Assembly: GCA_012735575.1 (NCBI GenBank)
Contig: JAAYGY010000012.1
Location: 3,833 to 67,832, forward strand
DNA length: 64,000 nucleotides
Reading direction: 5' to 3'
Source of the DNA: Clostridiales bacterium
GTDB taxonomy: Bacteria > Bacillota > Clostridia > Caldicoprobacterales > UBA3941
The notes beneath the pieces were generated by a model. The model searched no databases. It was not told the origin of the DNA and saw nothing but the letters and a program-made list of their open reading frames with translations. The position numbers and the translations under genes were made by a program. Of the stretch, positions 48,021 to 58,876 are shown piece by piece. Positions within the stretch are counted from its first letter, which is position 1; the number at the start of each line of letters is the position of its first letter.

Positions 48021-48725
48021 ATGAGTCCCTTAGTTAGTTTTGATAAGGTTAATAAGATTTATAAAACTGGATACGTGGAAATACCTGCTTTAATAGACGT
48101 ATCTTTTCAAATAGGGGAGGGTGAAATATGTGTCATCGTTGGACAGTCTGGTGCAGGCAAGACTACTTTGCTTAATATCCTTGGAGGCATGGATACCCTT
48201 ACATCGGGCAGACTAATTTTAGGAAATAAAGAGATTTCATCCTTCAATAAGCATGAGCTTACTAAATTTCGTCGTGAAGATATTGGTTTTGTATTTCAAT
48301 TCTACAATCTTATTCCTAATCTTACGGCTCTCGAGAATGTGGAGATTGTAACTCAGATGATAAAAAATCCTTTACCAGCGGAGCAAATACTTAAGAGTGT
48401 TGGCTTGGAACATAGATTGCATAATTTTCCGTCTCAGCTTTCTGGTGGAGAACAGCAGAGGGTTGCTATAGCAAGAGCACTTGCAAAAAAACCAAAATTG
48501 CTGCTTTGTGATGAGCCGACTGGTGCCTTAGATTATCAAACAGGAAGACAGATTTTGAAACTACTTCAAGATCAAAGTCGGCTGAATGGAATGCTGGTAG
48601 TTATTGTTACCCATAATACTGCATTGACTGCCATGGCAGATCGCGTTATTCATATGAAAAGCGGGAGAGTGGTTTCTGTTAAGGAAAACCATGAAGTTTT
48701 GTCAATAGAGGAGATAGAATGGTAA
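48021..48725 (+). CDS. ABC transporter ATP-binding protein (MacB/LolD-type)
   Basis: Walker [10 protein letters not shown], signature LSGGEQQR, Walker B LLLCDEPT. Confidence 0.95.
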   Translation: MSPLVSFDKVNKIYKTGYVEIPALIDVSFQIGEGEICVIVGQSGAGKTTLLNILGGMDTLTSGRLILGNKEISSFNKHELTKFRREDIGFVFQFYNLIPNLTALENVEIVTQMIKNPLPAEQILKSVGLEHRLHNFPSQLSGGEQQRVAIARALAKKPKLLLCDEPTGALDYQTGRQILKLLQDQSRLNGMLVVIVTHNTALTAMADRVIHMKSGRVVSVKENHEVLSIEEIEW

Positions 48726-51700
48726 TGATTCGAAATACAGCATGGCTTAAAAACAATTTTCGTGAAATAAAGAATTCAATAGAGCGCTATCTGGCTATTA
48801 TGGCCATTATTGCACTTGGTGTAGGTTTTTTTGCCGGCTTAAAAATTACAAAGACTGCAATGATAAAAAATTTAGATACTTATGTTGATGACCAGAAAAT
48901 GTATGATTATCAGCTTATTTCTACTCTGGGCTTAACTGAAGATGATGTGAAATTCTTTTCAGCAGAAAAAGACATAGTAGCGGAAGGCAGTATATCGTGT
49001 GATTTTATAGCACATATAGGAAGTGAAAAAGGAGTTGTTTTAAGAGCACATTCCATAACCCAAAAAATAAACCATTTAAACATGAGATATGGAAGGCTGG
49101 CAAAGGCAGGGAATGAATGTGTTTTAGATTCCCGTTTCTTCTCTGAGGATTCTATTGGATCAAAAATCCGTATTGATTCCAGTAATAATGAAGATACTAT
49201 GGATTTATTTGCCTATGATGAATATACAGTAGTGGGAATTGCTGATTCTGTTAATTATCTTAATTATGATAGGGGAACAACTGCCCTTGCAGGTGGTCAA
49301 GTATATGCATTTATCTATATTCCAAAAAGTGGATTTAGATCCGATTATTATACGGAGATTTACATTAGATTAAGCGACTATAATGAGGTATATAGCCAAG
49401 AGTACAATGATTTGGTATCACAAAAGGAAAATGAGCTGAAGGAGTTATTAGAGCAGAGAGGAAATATCCGCTATCAAAGTATTATTGATGAGGCCAGAAA
49501 AAAAGTCTCTGATGCACAAGAGGAGTATGATGATGCTTATGAGAAATATTTAGAAGAAAAGAAGGATGTGGAGGAAGAATTGAACCAAGCCTTAGAAGAA
49601 CTTGAAAAGGCTGAGAAGGAAATAAAAGCACAGGAGAAAAAATTAAGATATGCTGAAAAGAGAATAGCTAAGGGAGAGAAGGAGTATAGCAAGTCTCTAA
49701 AGGAGTGGCAAAGAGCTTATAAGGATTATGAAAGGCGTAGGACGGAAACCCTGGCTGAATTAGAATCTCGTCAAAATGAACTTGATCAAGGTCGCTCATC
49801 TGTTGTTTCAACCATGGAACAGATTGAAAATAGCGGTTTATTAGATCAGCATAAGCAATTATCGGAAACGATTATTACTTTGGAAAATGTACTTTCACGT
49901 ATAGATGACTCAGAGAGCCAGGAGTATATGATGGTTCAAAGTCAATTAGAGCAAGCCAGAGTAGCAGTAGAAGAAATTGAAGCAACAGGAATACTCCAGC
50001 AATATTTTGAGTTGGAAAAGGCCCTTGAAGAGATTGAAACAGGCCAAAAGGAACTTGAACAAGGCAGACAAGAGGCAATACGTAGTTTTGCGGATGCTGA
50101 GGCTCAGTTAGCAGATTCAAAATCTAAGCTGGTTTTGGCCAAAAAAGAGATAGAGAAAAACAAGAAGGATATTCTAGCCGGGTGGAATGCCTTTGAAAAG
50201 GGTAAAGTAGAATATGAAAAAGGTGTTGCTGAATATAAGGATGCAAAAAGAAAGGCAGAAGAAGCTTTTGCTAAAGCTGAAAAGGAGCTGGAACAAGCCC
50301 AAAAAGATATAGAAGAAGCATGGAAGGAAATAGATGATATCCCTATTCCTAAGGTTTATGTATTGAATCGAAATCATAATGTGGGTTACACTGCCTTTGA
50401 AAATGATTCATCAATTGTAGAAGGTATTGCAAGAGTATTGCCATTTTTCTTCTTTATGGTGGCAGTGTTGGTTTGCTTAACCACTATGTCCAGAATGGTT
50501 GATGAACAACGTACACAAATTGGTACATTGAAGGCCCTCGGCTATAGTGATGGTGCCATAGCAGGAAAGTATATTTTCTATTCTGGTAGTGCTGCAACTA
50601 TAGGTTGTATTATCGGCTTTTTTATGGGAACGAAGTTTTTCCCCATAGCTATTTGGAAGGCATATAGCATGATATACGAATTTTCTTCTATTGAATATGT
50701 ATTTGATGTTTCTTTAGCTATTGTTTCCTTAATTGTTTCCCTGCTATGTTCAGCTGGTGTGACTTTTATTTCGTGTAAAACCGAATTATTACAAATGCCT
50801 GCCCAGCTAATCAGACCTAAGGCACCAAAACCTGGGAAACGAGTACTCTTAGAGTATATACCACCTCTTTGGAACCGGATAGGCTTTCTTTATAAAGTAT
50901 CCATACGCAATATACTGCGTTATAAGAGACGATTTTTTATGACTGTGCTAGGTATTGCGGGTTGTATGTCACTTATTGTAGCGGCGTTGGGAATAGGGGA
51001 TTCTATTCGAAATATTGTGAATGATCAATATGATACCATTTTGGTATATGACTATAGTATCTCTTTCAATAAAGCGCAAAGTCAGAAAGACAGAGAAGAC
51101 TTTCTTAAGGAGTATAGTGATATATTGACTGAATGTATATATGTATCCATGGATGAAGGTGAAGTTTTAGGAAAAAATCAAATTAAAAAGGTTACTATTG
51201 TTGCAACTGATGATCCAGACATAACGAGGGTTATTAAACTGTATCTGGATGGCCAATTCATACCCTATCCCTTATTCGGACAGTGTGTTATAAACGATAA
51301 GTTAGCCAGAGAGCTTGGCTTGACTGCAGGCAATACTATTTCAATAAGAAAGAATGGCTTAGATCCCATTGATATAGAAGTAGGAGGAGTATTTGAAAAT
51401 TATGTAGGTAATTACTTGTTTTTGACTGGTGAGACCTATGAATCATTATTTGGAGAAAAAGTACAATATACAAGCGCATATGCCACAACAGATATAGAGG
51501 ACCTTTATTGGGTATCTGCTTTGTTATCAGAAAGGAAAGATGTATCTGCTGTAACTGTCCTTAATGATATGAGGATTATGGTGGATAACATGATGAAAAG
51601 TTTAGATTATATAATCTGGTTAGTTATTATTTGTGCATGTGCACTAGGATTTATTGTAATTTATAATTTAAACAATATAAACATAACAGAGCGTACTCGC

Positions 51701-52003
51701 GAGGTTGCAACAATTAAAGTACTTGGTTTTTATGAGAGAGAAACAAAAAGCTATGTATTCCGAGAAACCATTATGATAACAATAATTGCAATTATTTCTG
51801 GTTTAGGTCTTGGAAATCTACTCCATGGATTTGTAATGGATAAGATAAATGTAGAAGCCGTTTCTTTCAGAGAGCAGATATTTGCTTCAAGCTATGTAAT
51901 AGCAGCACTAATCACATTAATGATTACGTTACTTGTTAATTTGATTCTTAGTAAGAAAATTGACAAAATCAATATGGCCGAGTCCTTGAAGTCTGTTGAA
52001 TAG
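48719..52003 (+). CDS. Fused double FtsX/MacB-type ABC permease (1094 aa) with ~310-aa coiled-coil insertion in the first extracytoplasmic domain
   Basis: TM1 (aa ~25-45), ECD1, three TMs around aa 565-690, a fifth TM (aa ~735), ECD2, and three C-terminal TMs. aa ~230-540 are Glu/Lys/Ala/Gln-rich heptad-like sequence. The start overlaps the ATPase stop. Confidence 0.9.
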   Translation: MVMIRNTAWLKNNFREIKNSIERYLAIMAIIALGVGFFAGLKITKTAMIKNLDTYVDDQKMYDYQLISTLGLTEDDVKFFSAEKDIVAEGSISCDFIAHIGSEKGVVLRAHSITQKINHLNMRYGRLAKAGNECVLDSRFFSEDSIGSKIRIDSSNNEDTMDLFAYDEYTVVGIADSVNYLNYDRGTTALAGGQVYAFIYIPKSGFRSDYYTEIYIRLSDYNEVYSQEYNDLVSQKENELKELLEQRGNIRYQSIIDEARKKVSDAQEEYDDAYEKYLEEKKDVEEELNQALEELEKAEKEIKAQEKKLRYAEKRIAKGEKEYSKSLKEWQRAYKDYERRRTETLAELESRQNELDQGRSSVVSTMEQIENSGLLDQHKQLSETIITLENVLSRIDDSESQEYMMVQSQLEQARVAVEEIEATGILQQYFELEKALEEIETGQKELEQGRQEAIRSFADAEAQLADSKSKLVLAKKEIEKNKKDILAGWNAFEKGKVEYEKGVAEYKDAKRKAEEAFAKAEKELEQAQKDIEEAWKEIDDIPIPKVYVLNRNHNVGYTAFENDSSIVEGIARVLPFFFFMVAVLVCLTTMSRMVDEQRTQIGTLKALGYSDGAIAGKYIFYSGSAATIGCIIGFFMGTKFFPIAIWKAYSMIYEFSSIEYVFDVSLAIVSLIVSLLCSAGVTFISCKTELLQMPAQLIRPKAPKPGKRVLLEYIPPLWNRIGFLYKVSIRNILRYKRRFFMTVLGIAGCMSLIVAALGIGDSIRNIVNDQYDTILVYDYSISFNKAQSQKDREDFLKEYSDILTECIYVSMDEGEVLGKNQIKKVTIVATDDPDITRVIKLYLDGQFIPYPLFGQCVINDKLARELGLTAGNTISIRKNGLDPIDIEVGGVFENYVGNYLFLTGETYESLFGEKVQYTSAYATTDIEDLYWVSALLSERKDVSAVTVLNDMRIMVDNMMKSLDYIIWLVIICACALGFIVIYNLNNINITERTREVATIKVLGFYERETKSYVFRETIMITIIAIISGLGLGNLLHGFVMDKINVEAVSFREQIFASSYVIAALITLMITLLVNLILSKKIDKINMAESLKSVE

Positions 52004-52041
52004 TATTTAGTATCAAATCCCTAAATGGCAGCTTATTCTCC

Positions 52042-52081
52042 CCTCGCTATAAGTTTATAACAGTATAGCGAGGCCTTTTTT
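52042..52081 (+). terminator. Rho-independent terminator
   Basis: 10-bp stem CCTCGCTATA/TATAGCGAGG followed by CCTTTTTTT. Confidence 0.8.
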
Positions 52082-52221
52082 GTGGTAACAATATTGCAGA
52101 TTTTACAGTCATAATAAACATCCTGTCCTAATATATATTAAACTAGTATCTGAACATAGATACTATATGATATATTTGCTTATTTGGAGAATTTAACTGC
52201 TGATATTGTGGGAGGATATTC

Positions 52222-54804
52222 ATGAGCAGTGCTTTGAGAGAAATAAGGAAAATATCTACAAGTTATAATGGTTTAACGGAAAAGGAGGCAGAAAGACGAT
52301 TATTGGAATATGGCTATAATGAGTTAAGGGAAAGGAAAAAAGCATCTGTTTTATCCATATTTCTTTCCCAATTCAAAGATTTTATGGTTATAGTTCTGTT
52401 AGTAGCGACTTTAATTTCCTTTTTTCTCGGAGAAACAATGGACGCTATAGCAATAGTTATTATTGTAATTATGAACGCATTATTAGGTTTTATCCAGGAG
52501 TATCGTACAGAGAAGTCTGTGGAGGCATTAAAAGAGTTGTCTGCTCCTCATGCAATTATAATAAGGGATGGAAAAGAAAGAGATATTCAAGCGCGTAACA
52601 TAGTGCCTGGTGATCTTATTATTTTAGAAGCAGGTCATATTGTACCTGCAGATTGTTTACTAATCGAAGGATCAGGTATTCAGGTAAATGAATCTATTTT
52701 GACAGGTGAATCTATTGCAGTAGAAAAACTATCATCCCAAAGTTCCAATAATAGGGATAAATTATTTATGGGAACGACTCTAACAACTGGTAGGGGCATA
52801 GCTATTGTTACAGCTACAGGAATGAGCACAGAAATGGGTAGTATAGCCAGTATGATTCAGAGTACAGGTGAGGAAAGTACTCCCCTTGAAAAAAGATTGG
52901 ATAAGATAGGTAAACAGTTGGTATATATCTGCCTGGGTATATGTAGTATTATATTTTTGCTAGGTATTTATCGTGGTGAAACCTTTTATGATATGCTGTT
53001 GTCGGCTACCAGCCTTGCTGTGGCAGCCATACCTGAAGGTCTTCCAGCGATAGTCACAATTACTTTAGCTTTAGGTGTTCAAAGGATGCTGAAACGAAAT
53101 GCCTTAATACGCAAACTCCCAGCTGTTGAAACTTTAGGTTGCACTAACATCATATGTTCAGACAAAACTGGAACATTGACTGAAAATAAAATGACTGTAA
53201 CTAAAGTTTATGTTGATGAGCAGCTGAGAGACATAACAGATTTTGATCATAACAACAGAGTAAAAGAGAGTACAACATTAAAGCAATTACTAACAATTGG
53301 GGCACTTTGCAATAATGCAGAATATAAAAAGGAAGAAATAATTGGTGATCCTACTGAAGCGGCTATACTGGCAGCATCCATAAAAGGTGGGATAGGCAAA
53401 GGATATTTGAGTGAATACAAACGCATAGGAGAAATACCCTTCGATTCCGATCGAAAACGCATGAGTGTAATATGCAAAGATTACAGTGGGAATGTTTTTG
53501 TTTTAGTAAAGGGAGCACCTGATGTAATTTTGGACTTATGCAATAGGAAATTAGGAAGCGGTGGACTATCTATTATGAATTACAGTGCTAAAAGAAAAAT
53601 TATGGCCGTAAATGAAGAAATGGCTGACCAGGCACTAAGAGTTTTAGGATTTGCATACAAGAAACTAGATTATATTCCTCAAAATCTTTCCAGCCCGGAT
53701 ATAGAGAAAAATCTTATCTTTGTTGGTCTGGAAGGTATGATGGATCCACCTAGACCTGAGACTATAGAGTCTATAAAAAAATGCTATAAAGCAGGTATAA
53801 GGCCAGTAATGATTACAGGAGACCATAAATTAACCGCGATAGCCATAGCAAAGAAAATTGGAATGAAATTGGATAAAAAAGAAATTTTAACTGGTAGGGA
53901 GATTGATTTTTTGAATGATAGGGAATTAGAGAAAAAAGTAGAGTCAGTGTCAGTATTTGCGCGGGTATCCCCTATACATAAGTACAGGATAGTTCAAGCC
54001 TTTAAGAAAAACCCCAAAAATATAGTTGCTATGACGGGAGACGGAGTAAATGATGCACCTGCCCTAAAAGAAGCAAATATTGGGATAGCAATGGGCAAAA
54101 GTGGCACTGATGTAGCTAAAGAGGCATCATCTATGGTGTTATTAGATGATAATTTTGCTACTATAGTAGCAGCTATTAGGGAAGGGAGAATAATTTATGA
54201 TAATATAAGAAAGTTTTTACGCTATCTGTTAGCATGCAACTTAGGTGAAATAGTGGCTATGGCTGTGGCAGCAATTTATGGTATGCCTGTTCCTCTTATC
54301 CCAATTCAGATATTATGGATTAATCTTGTTACTGATGGACTACCTGCTTTGGCTTTAAGTGTTGATCCACCTGACGGTAATATTATGAGTAGGGCACCTC
54401 GTGACAGCAATGAGAGTATATTCTCTAGAGGATTGGGGACCAGGATCCTTGTATCTGGTTCGTTGATAGGCGGGAGCACCATTACTGCCTATATGCTAAT
54501 ATTGTATCTGACCAATGGGGATATTGGAATAGCCAGAACTGTCGCCTTTACTACTCTAATAATAGCAGAGCTCATCTATGCTTTTGAAAGCAGATCGGAA
54601 TATGAGCATGTATGGCAATCAGGCTTGTTTGCAAATAGATACTTAGTGTTGGCAGTCTTGTCATCTTTTGCATTATTACTTCTAGCAATATATAATCCCT
54701 TTTTATCCCCTATCCTAAAAACGCAAGCCTTGGGTTTTGAGCATTGGATGATAGTACTAGGTTTTTCACTTTTAGAACTTGCTGTAACCAGTCTTTTATA
54801 CTAG
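52222..54804 (+). CDS. P-type ATPase, type IIA (Ca2+-transporting, SERCA/YloB-like)
   Basis: 860 aa. DKTGTLT, TM4 [18 protein letters not shown], and a 10-TM pattern. Confidence 0.9.
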   Translation: MSSALREIRKISTSYNGLTEKEAERRLLEYGYNELRERKKASVLSIFLSQFKDFMVIVLLVATLISFFLGETMDAIAIVIIVIMNALLGFIQEYRTEKSVEALKELSAPHAIIIRDGKERDIQARNIVPGDLIILEAGHIVPADCLLIEGSGIQVNESILTGESIAVEKLSSQSSNNRDKLFMGTTLTTGRGIAIVTATGMSTEMGSIASMIQSTGEESTPLEKRLDKIGKQLVYICLGICSIIFLLGIYRGETFYDMLLSATSLAVAAIPEGLPAIVTITLALGVQRMLKRNALIRKLPAVETLGCTNIICSDKTGTLTENKMTVTKVYVDEQLRDITDFDHNNRVKESTTLKQLLTIGALCNNAEYKKEEIIGDPTEAAILAASIKGGIGKGYLSEYKRIGEIPFDSDRKRMSVICKDYSGNVFVLVKGAPDVILDLCNRKLGSGGLSIMNYSAKRKIMAVNEEMADQALRVLGFAYKKLDYIPQNLSSPDIEKNLIFVGLEGMMDPPRPETIESIKKCYKAGIRPVMITGDHKLTAIAIAKKIGMKLDKKEILTGREIDFLNDRELEKKVESVSVFARVSPIHKYRIVQAFKKNPKNIVAMTGDGVNDAPALKEANIGIAMGKSGTDVAKEASSMVLLDDNFATIVAAIREGRIIYDNIRKFLRYLLACNLGEIVAMAVAAIYGMPVPLIPIQILWINLVTDGLPALALSVDPPDGNIMSRAPRDSNESIFSRGLGTRILVSGSLIGGSTITAYMLILYLTNGDIGIARTVAFTTLIIAELIYAFESRSEYEHVWQSGLFANRYLVLAVLSSFALLLLAIYNPFLSPILKTQALGFEHWMIVLGFSLLELAVTSLLY

Positions 54805-54817
54805 TGTTATTTATTAG

Positions 54818-55195
54818 CTAAGGAGAAACCCTGGCACCACAATAGGGACAGAAACTATAATCAGATTCAATATTTGCTTTACAATTAGGGCAAGTTTTAT
54901 CAGGAAAATGATTGTAAATGGGTCTTAAATGTTCATTTAAAATTTCAGGGCTATGTCCCTTATCATATTGTCTGCCTATATCAGGATTAAGCTCATAAAC
55001 ACTATTACAACAGGAAGTTTTTATAAAGTACCGCGTGTTCCACTTGAATATAGGGATAAAAAATATATGGAAATATGAATATGTTTTAAATATTTCATAA
55101 CGAGTAAAGGCACTGCAAGTGGGGCATATAGTATTATTGTATGTATGGATAAATTTATCTGATTGGTTAACCCCAAATATACCAATGAAAAACAT
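54818..55195 (-). CDS. Zinc-ribbon domain protein
   Basis: 125 aa with CxxC pairs (CPTC .. CC; CPNC .. CPYC) and a central hydrophobic segment. Confidence 0.65.
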   Translation of the reverse strand: MFFIGIFGVNQSDKFIHTYNNTICPTCSAFTRYEIFKTYSYFHIFFIPIFKWNTRYFIKTSCCNSVYELNPDIGRQYDKGHSPEILNEHLRPIYNHFPDKTCPNCKANIESDYSFCPYCGARVSP

Positions 55196-55307
55196 AATTT
55201 GTCCCCTTTCTAAATATAGGATTTATCAAGTTCTTTTTCTAATATTAATAATATCAAAGGGCTTTTATCTATACAAGTTTTTCATTGGAATCAGAATCTA
55301 TATATGA

Positions 55308-55340
55308 GATAAAAAAGGGATAGAGTTTATCTATCCCTTT
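55308..55340 (-). terminator. Rho-independent terminator of the adenine deaminase gene
   Basis: On the minus strand, stem AAAGGGATAG/CTATCCCTTT followed by TTTTTTA. Confidence 0.8.
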
Positions 55341-55346
55341 GTAGAT

Positions 55347-57146
55347 CTATTCTACAAACAGATCTACAAATTTGAAGTTTATAGTATCAACTAATCCTCT
55401 GTTGGTCAGCCTTAACTCTGGTAATACCGCTAAAGCAATTAAGGCCATGGTCATAAATGGAGAAACCAGATGGCAACCAAGCTCTTTCCATGCTTTGTCT
55501 AATTCTTCTACTTTTTTGGCCACTGCTTCAGCTGGTTCCTGACACATTAATCCTGCAATAGGGAGGGGAAGAAGTGCAATTACTTTCCCATTCTTGACAG
55601 CTACCATTCCTCCACCTACCTTTGCTAAAGTGTTACCAGCTAAAGCCATATCTTCATCGTTGGTTCCCAAAATTAAAAGGTTGTGGGAGTCATGTGCAAC
55701 AGTGGATGCTACAGCACCTTCTTTTATATGGAATCCTTTAACAAAGCCTTTGCCCATAGTACCAGTACCATGGTGTCTTTCTATAACTGCAGCTTTGATT
55801 ATATCCTGACCTATATCATTTAGAACAACACCTGTTTCTACGGGAAGAATAGCTTCTATTGAATATGTACCCACCTTTGCTTCCACTATTTCTATAACCC
55901 TAACCTTGACCTGCTTCATCTGGGTATTAGGTGGATTAATAATAAAATCTTCAGGCTCTAACTCTTTAGAAATATTTATGGTATTTTTAGCTGTATCAGG
56001 ATATTCCATCTTAGGAATATCAACCAGCATCTTTCCGTCTTGAGCTACAAGCACCCCATTGACGATAACTTTTTCAATTTTAATCTTAGAAAGATCACTG
56101 ATTAGAAGTATGTCAGCCCATCGTCCGGGAGAAATAGTGCCTAGATCCTTGTCTAAGCCAAAGCACTGGGCAACATTTATAGTTACCATTTGGATAGCAG
56201 TAATAGGATTTACCCCTTCTTCAATAGCCCTTCTAACTATATGGTCCAGGTGACCCAGGGTAATCAGTGTATCAGGATGTGTATCGTCACTTACCAAAGT
56301 TGCATAGCGAGTATCAACGGAATTTTCTGTGATGCTCTTTATAGTTTCTTTTACATCATGCCAGGCAGAGCCTTCTCTTAGCTGAGCATACATTCCTAAA
56401 CGCATTTTAGCCAAAGCGTCCTCTGCACGAACTGATTCATGACAGCACCTAATACCAGCTGTAATATAAGCGTTAAGATCAGTTCCAGTATCTTGGATTG
56501 AGAAATGACCAGTTATGATTTTGTTTGCTTCTAAAGTGGCCTGTAGTTCCTGATGAACATAATCGTCTCCGTAAATGACTCCTGGAAAGTTCATCATTTC
56601 TCCCAGACCAACAACTTCATCCCATTTCATTGCTTCTCTGATTTCCTCTGGACCTATAGAGGCTCCGGTATCTTCAAATCCTGGGGCAGCAGGAACACAA
56701 GAAGGCATGGCCACATATGTTCTCAAAGGAAGTGAACGACTTTCCTCAATCATCAATTTAACTCCTTGCATTCCCAATACATTAGCAATCTCATGAGGGT
56801 CCATAAATATAGTGGTAGTTCCATGTGGCAATACTGCACGGGCATACTCTCCTACAGTCATCATACTGCTTTCAACATGGATATGGCCATCCATAAAACC
56901 AGGAGAAATATAATATCCTTGAGCATTGATAATCTGAGTATCGGGACCAATAGTATGAGAAGCATCTCCTACCAAGGCAATTCTTCCATGAGTAATAGCC
57001 ACATCCATACCTGGGATGATCTCGCCTGTATTAACATTAATCAATTTTCCACCTTTAATGACCATCTCAGCAGGCTTTGTTCCTTTTGCTACTGCCACTA
57101 AGTCCTTAGTTATTTCTTGAAGAGAAAAAGATTTACTCATATCCAT
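55347..57146 (-). CDS. ade: Adenine deaminase
   Basis: 599 aa. Amidohydrolase metal motif GFMDGHIHVESS and overall AdeC-like length and pattern. Confidence 0.9.
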   Translation of the reverse strand: MDMSKSFSLQEITKDLVAVAKGTKPAEMVIKGGKLINVNTGEIIPGMDVAITHGRIALVGDASHTIGPDTQIINAQGYYISPGFMDGHIHVESSMMTVGEYARAVLPHGTTTIFMDPHEIANVLGMQGVKLMIEESRSLPLRTYVAMPSCVPAAPGFEDTGASIGPEEIREAMKWDEVVGLGEMMNFPGVIYGDDYVHQELQATLEANKIITGHFSIQDTGTDLNAYITAGIRCCHESVRAEDALAKMRLGMYAQLREGSAWHDVKETIKSITENSVDTRYATLVSDDTHPDTLITLGHLDHIVRRAIEEGVNPITAIQMVTINVAQCFGLDKDLGTISPGRWADILLISDLSKIKIEKVIVNGVLVAQDGKMLVDIPKMEYPDTAKNTINISKELEPEDFIINPPNTQMKQVKVRVIEIVEAKVGTYSIEAILPVETGVVLNDIGQDIIKAAVIERHHGTGTMGKGFVKGFHIKEGAVASTVAHDSHNLLILGTNDEDMALAGNTLAKVGGGMVAVKNGKVIALLPLPIAGLMCQEPAEAVAKKVEELDKAWKELGCHLVSPFMTMALIALAVLPELRLTNRGLVDTINFKFVDLFVE

Positions 57147-57477
57147 CTTACTCCTATATATAATTTAAAAAAGAAACCTGAATTGATCAGGTAATAAAAA
57201 CCTTGAATAGATTATCTTAATATATATTTTATAAACCTATTATTGGCAAAAGCTTATTATCATAATAAATGAAATGATGATAAAAAACAACCCTTGTTAT
57301 AGTTGTTTTTGGACAAAATTAAATATCTTTACTCTATATTCATGAAATTATACATATTGATTTGTCTATTTGACTTAATCTGAAATTAAAATATAATGGA
57401 ATTAGCAATCATGTTTATTGTTATTAATTTAAGAAGCAAGATATTAAGTCATTAACTTAGAAAAGGATGGGATAGAA

Positions 57478-58287
57478 TTGAATATCTTAGTTACATTAAA
57501 TAGCCAATATATTAAACCGCTTAAAATAATGCTTTGGTCACTGTTTTTCAATAATAAAGAAGAAAAATTTGATATATACCTTATGCATTCTTCCATAACC
57601 GAAGAGGAAATTGAAGATCTTTATCATTTTATTTCAAGGCACAATAGCCGATTGTTTGAAATAACTATTCCTAAAAAAGTCTTTGATAATGCACCTGTTG
57701 TTAAACATTATTCTGTTGAAATGTATTATCGTCTTTTAGCATATAAATTTCTACCTGCAGATCTGGATAGGATTTTATATCTGGATCCTGATATATTAGT
57801 CATAAACCCTATAAGAGAACTTTATTATACGGATTTACAAGGTTATCTCTATGCTGCCTCTTATCATAACAGGATTCCAATTAAGGTGATAAACGCACTC
57901 AGACTTAAAGCTTATGAGATGGAGGAGTATTTTAATTCAGGAGTACTCCTAATGAATTTACCGCTTCACAGAAAGAATATTAAGGAACAGGAGATTTTCC
58001 AGTATATTGCCAAGAATAAAAATAGGTTACTCTTACCTGATCAGGATGTTCTAAATGCTCTTTATAGTAGAGATATTAAAAAATTAGATGAAATAAAATA
58101 CAACTATGATGCCCGTTACTATCTATATTACAAACTGCAGAATAATGGGAAAGTTAATATGGATTACATAATGCGTAATACAGCTATAATTCATTTTTGT
58201 GGAAAAAATAAGCCTTGGAGACCTGATTATAATGGTAATTTTAAGTCTCTATATAAGCATTATGAAGTTTTAGCTTTGTATAGATGA
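57478..58287 (+). CDS. Glycosyltransferase family 8 protein (GspA-like)
   Basis: YLDPDILV (DxD) motif and FNSGVLLMNL pattern. TTG start. Confidence 0.8.
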   Translation: MNILVTLNSQYIKPLKIMLWSLFFNNKEEKFDIYLMHSSITEEEIEDLYHFISRHNSRLFEITIPKKVFDNAPVVKHYSVEMYYRLLAYKFLPADLDRILYLDPDILVINPIRELYYTDLQGYLYAASYHNRIPIKVINALRLKAYEMEEYFNSGVLLMNLPLHRKNIKEQEIFQYIAKNKNRLLLPDQDVLNALYSRDIKKLDEIKYNYDARYYLYYKLQNNGKVNMDYIMRNTAIIHFCGKNKPWRPDYNGNFKSLYKHYEVLALYR

Positions 58288-58336
58288 AAATATTCATGAT
58301 ATTTCAAATTTATATTATTATGGGAGGTAGATATAT

Positions 58337-58876
58337 ATGAGCTTTTTAGAATTAGCAAGACAAAGATATTCTGTGAGAAGTTATAAGAATATTTCCGTTG
58401 AAAAGGATAAAATTATTAAGGTTCTAGAAGCAGGCAGAGTATCACCATCGGCCTGTAATTTTCAACCACGTTATTTTATTGTAATTGATGATAGTGAATT
58501 AAAGGAGAAAATTGCTGAATGTTATCCGAGAGAATGGTTTAAACAAGCACCAGTAATAATAGTGGTATGCGGTAATCATAAGGAATCCTGGAAAAGGCAG
58601 GACGATAAGGATCATTGTGATATTGACGTAGCTATTGCTATAGATCATATGACATTAGCTGCTGCAGATCAGGGCTTAGGTACCTGCTGGATATGTGCCT
58701 TTGATGCAAAGCTATGCCATGAAATATTGGAGTTACCAGAGCATATGGAAGTTGTAGCCTTGTTACCTTTGGGATATCCCGAAATGAAAGGTGATGCTAA
58801 GCGCCATTCAAAAGCTCGTAAGTCTTTAGATGAAATAGTAGGTTGGAACAGGTATAAGGAGTCGGATAATGTATAG
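58337..58876 (+). CDS. Nitroreductase family protein
   Basis: N-terminal ARQRYSVRSY..., SPSACNFQP, and ~180 aa are typical of the NfnB/nitroreductase fold family. Confidence 0.8.
   Translation: MSFLELARQRYSVRSYKNISVEKDKIIKVLEAGRVSPSACNFQPRYFIVIDDSELKEKIAECYPREWFKQAPVIIVVCGNHKESWKRQDDKDHCDIDVAIAIDHMTLAAADQGLGTCWICAFDAKLCHEILELPEHMEVVALLPLGYPEMKGDAKRHSKARKSLDEIVGWNRYKESDNV

Noticed and set aside
55594-57101. A series of plus-strand ORFs (60-111 aa) inside the adenine deaminase gene.
   Set aside because: They are antisense to a 599-aa gene with clear amidohydrolase motifs, with no RBS and a fragmented frame pattern.
57147-57330. Possible purine riboswitch or attenuator in the adenine deaminase leader. 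Features seen: weak hairpins at 57176-57192 and 57284-57309, and the palindrome TTATTAT-C-ATAATAA at 57254-57268.
   Set aside because: I found no trace of the conserved purine-riboswitch core. Both stems are short and AT-rich (6-8 bp), so the terminator calls are not reliable. A covariance-model search would settle this.
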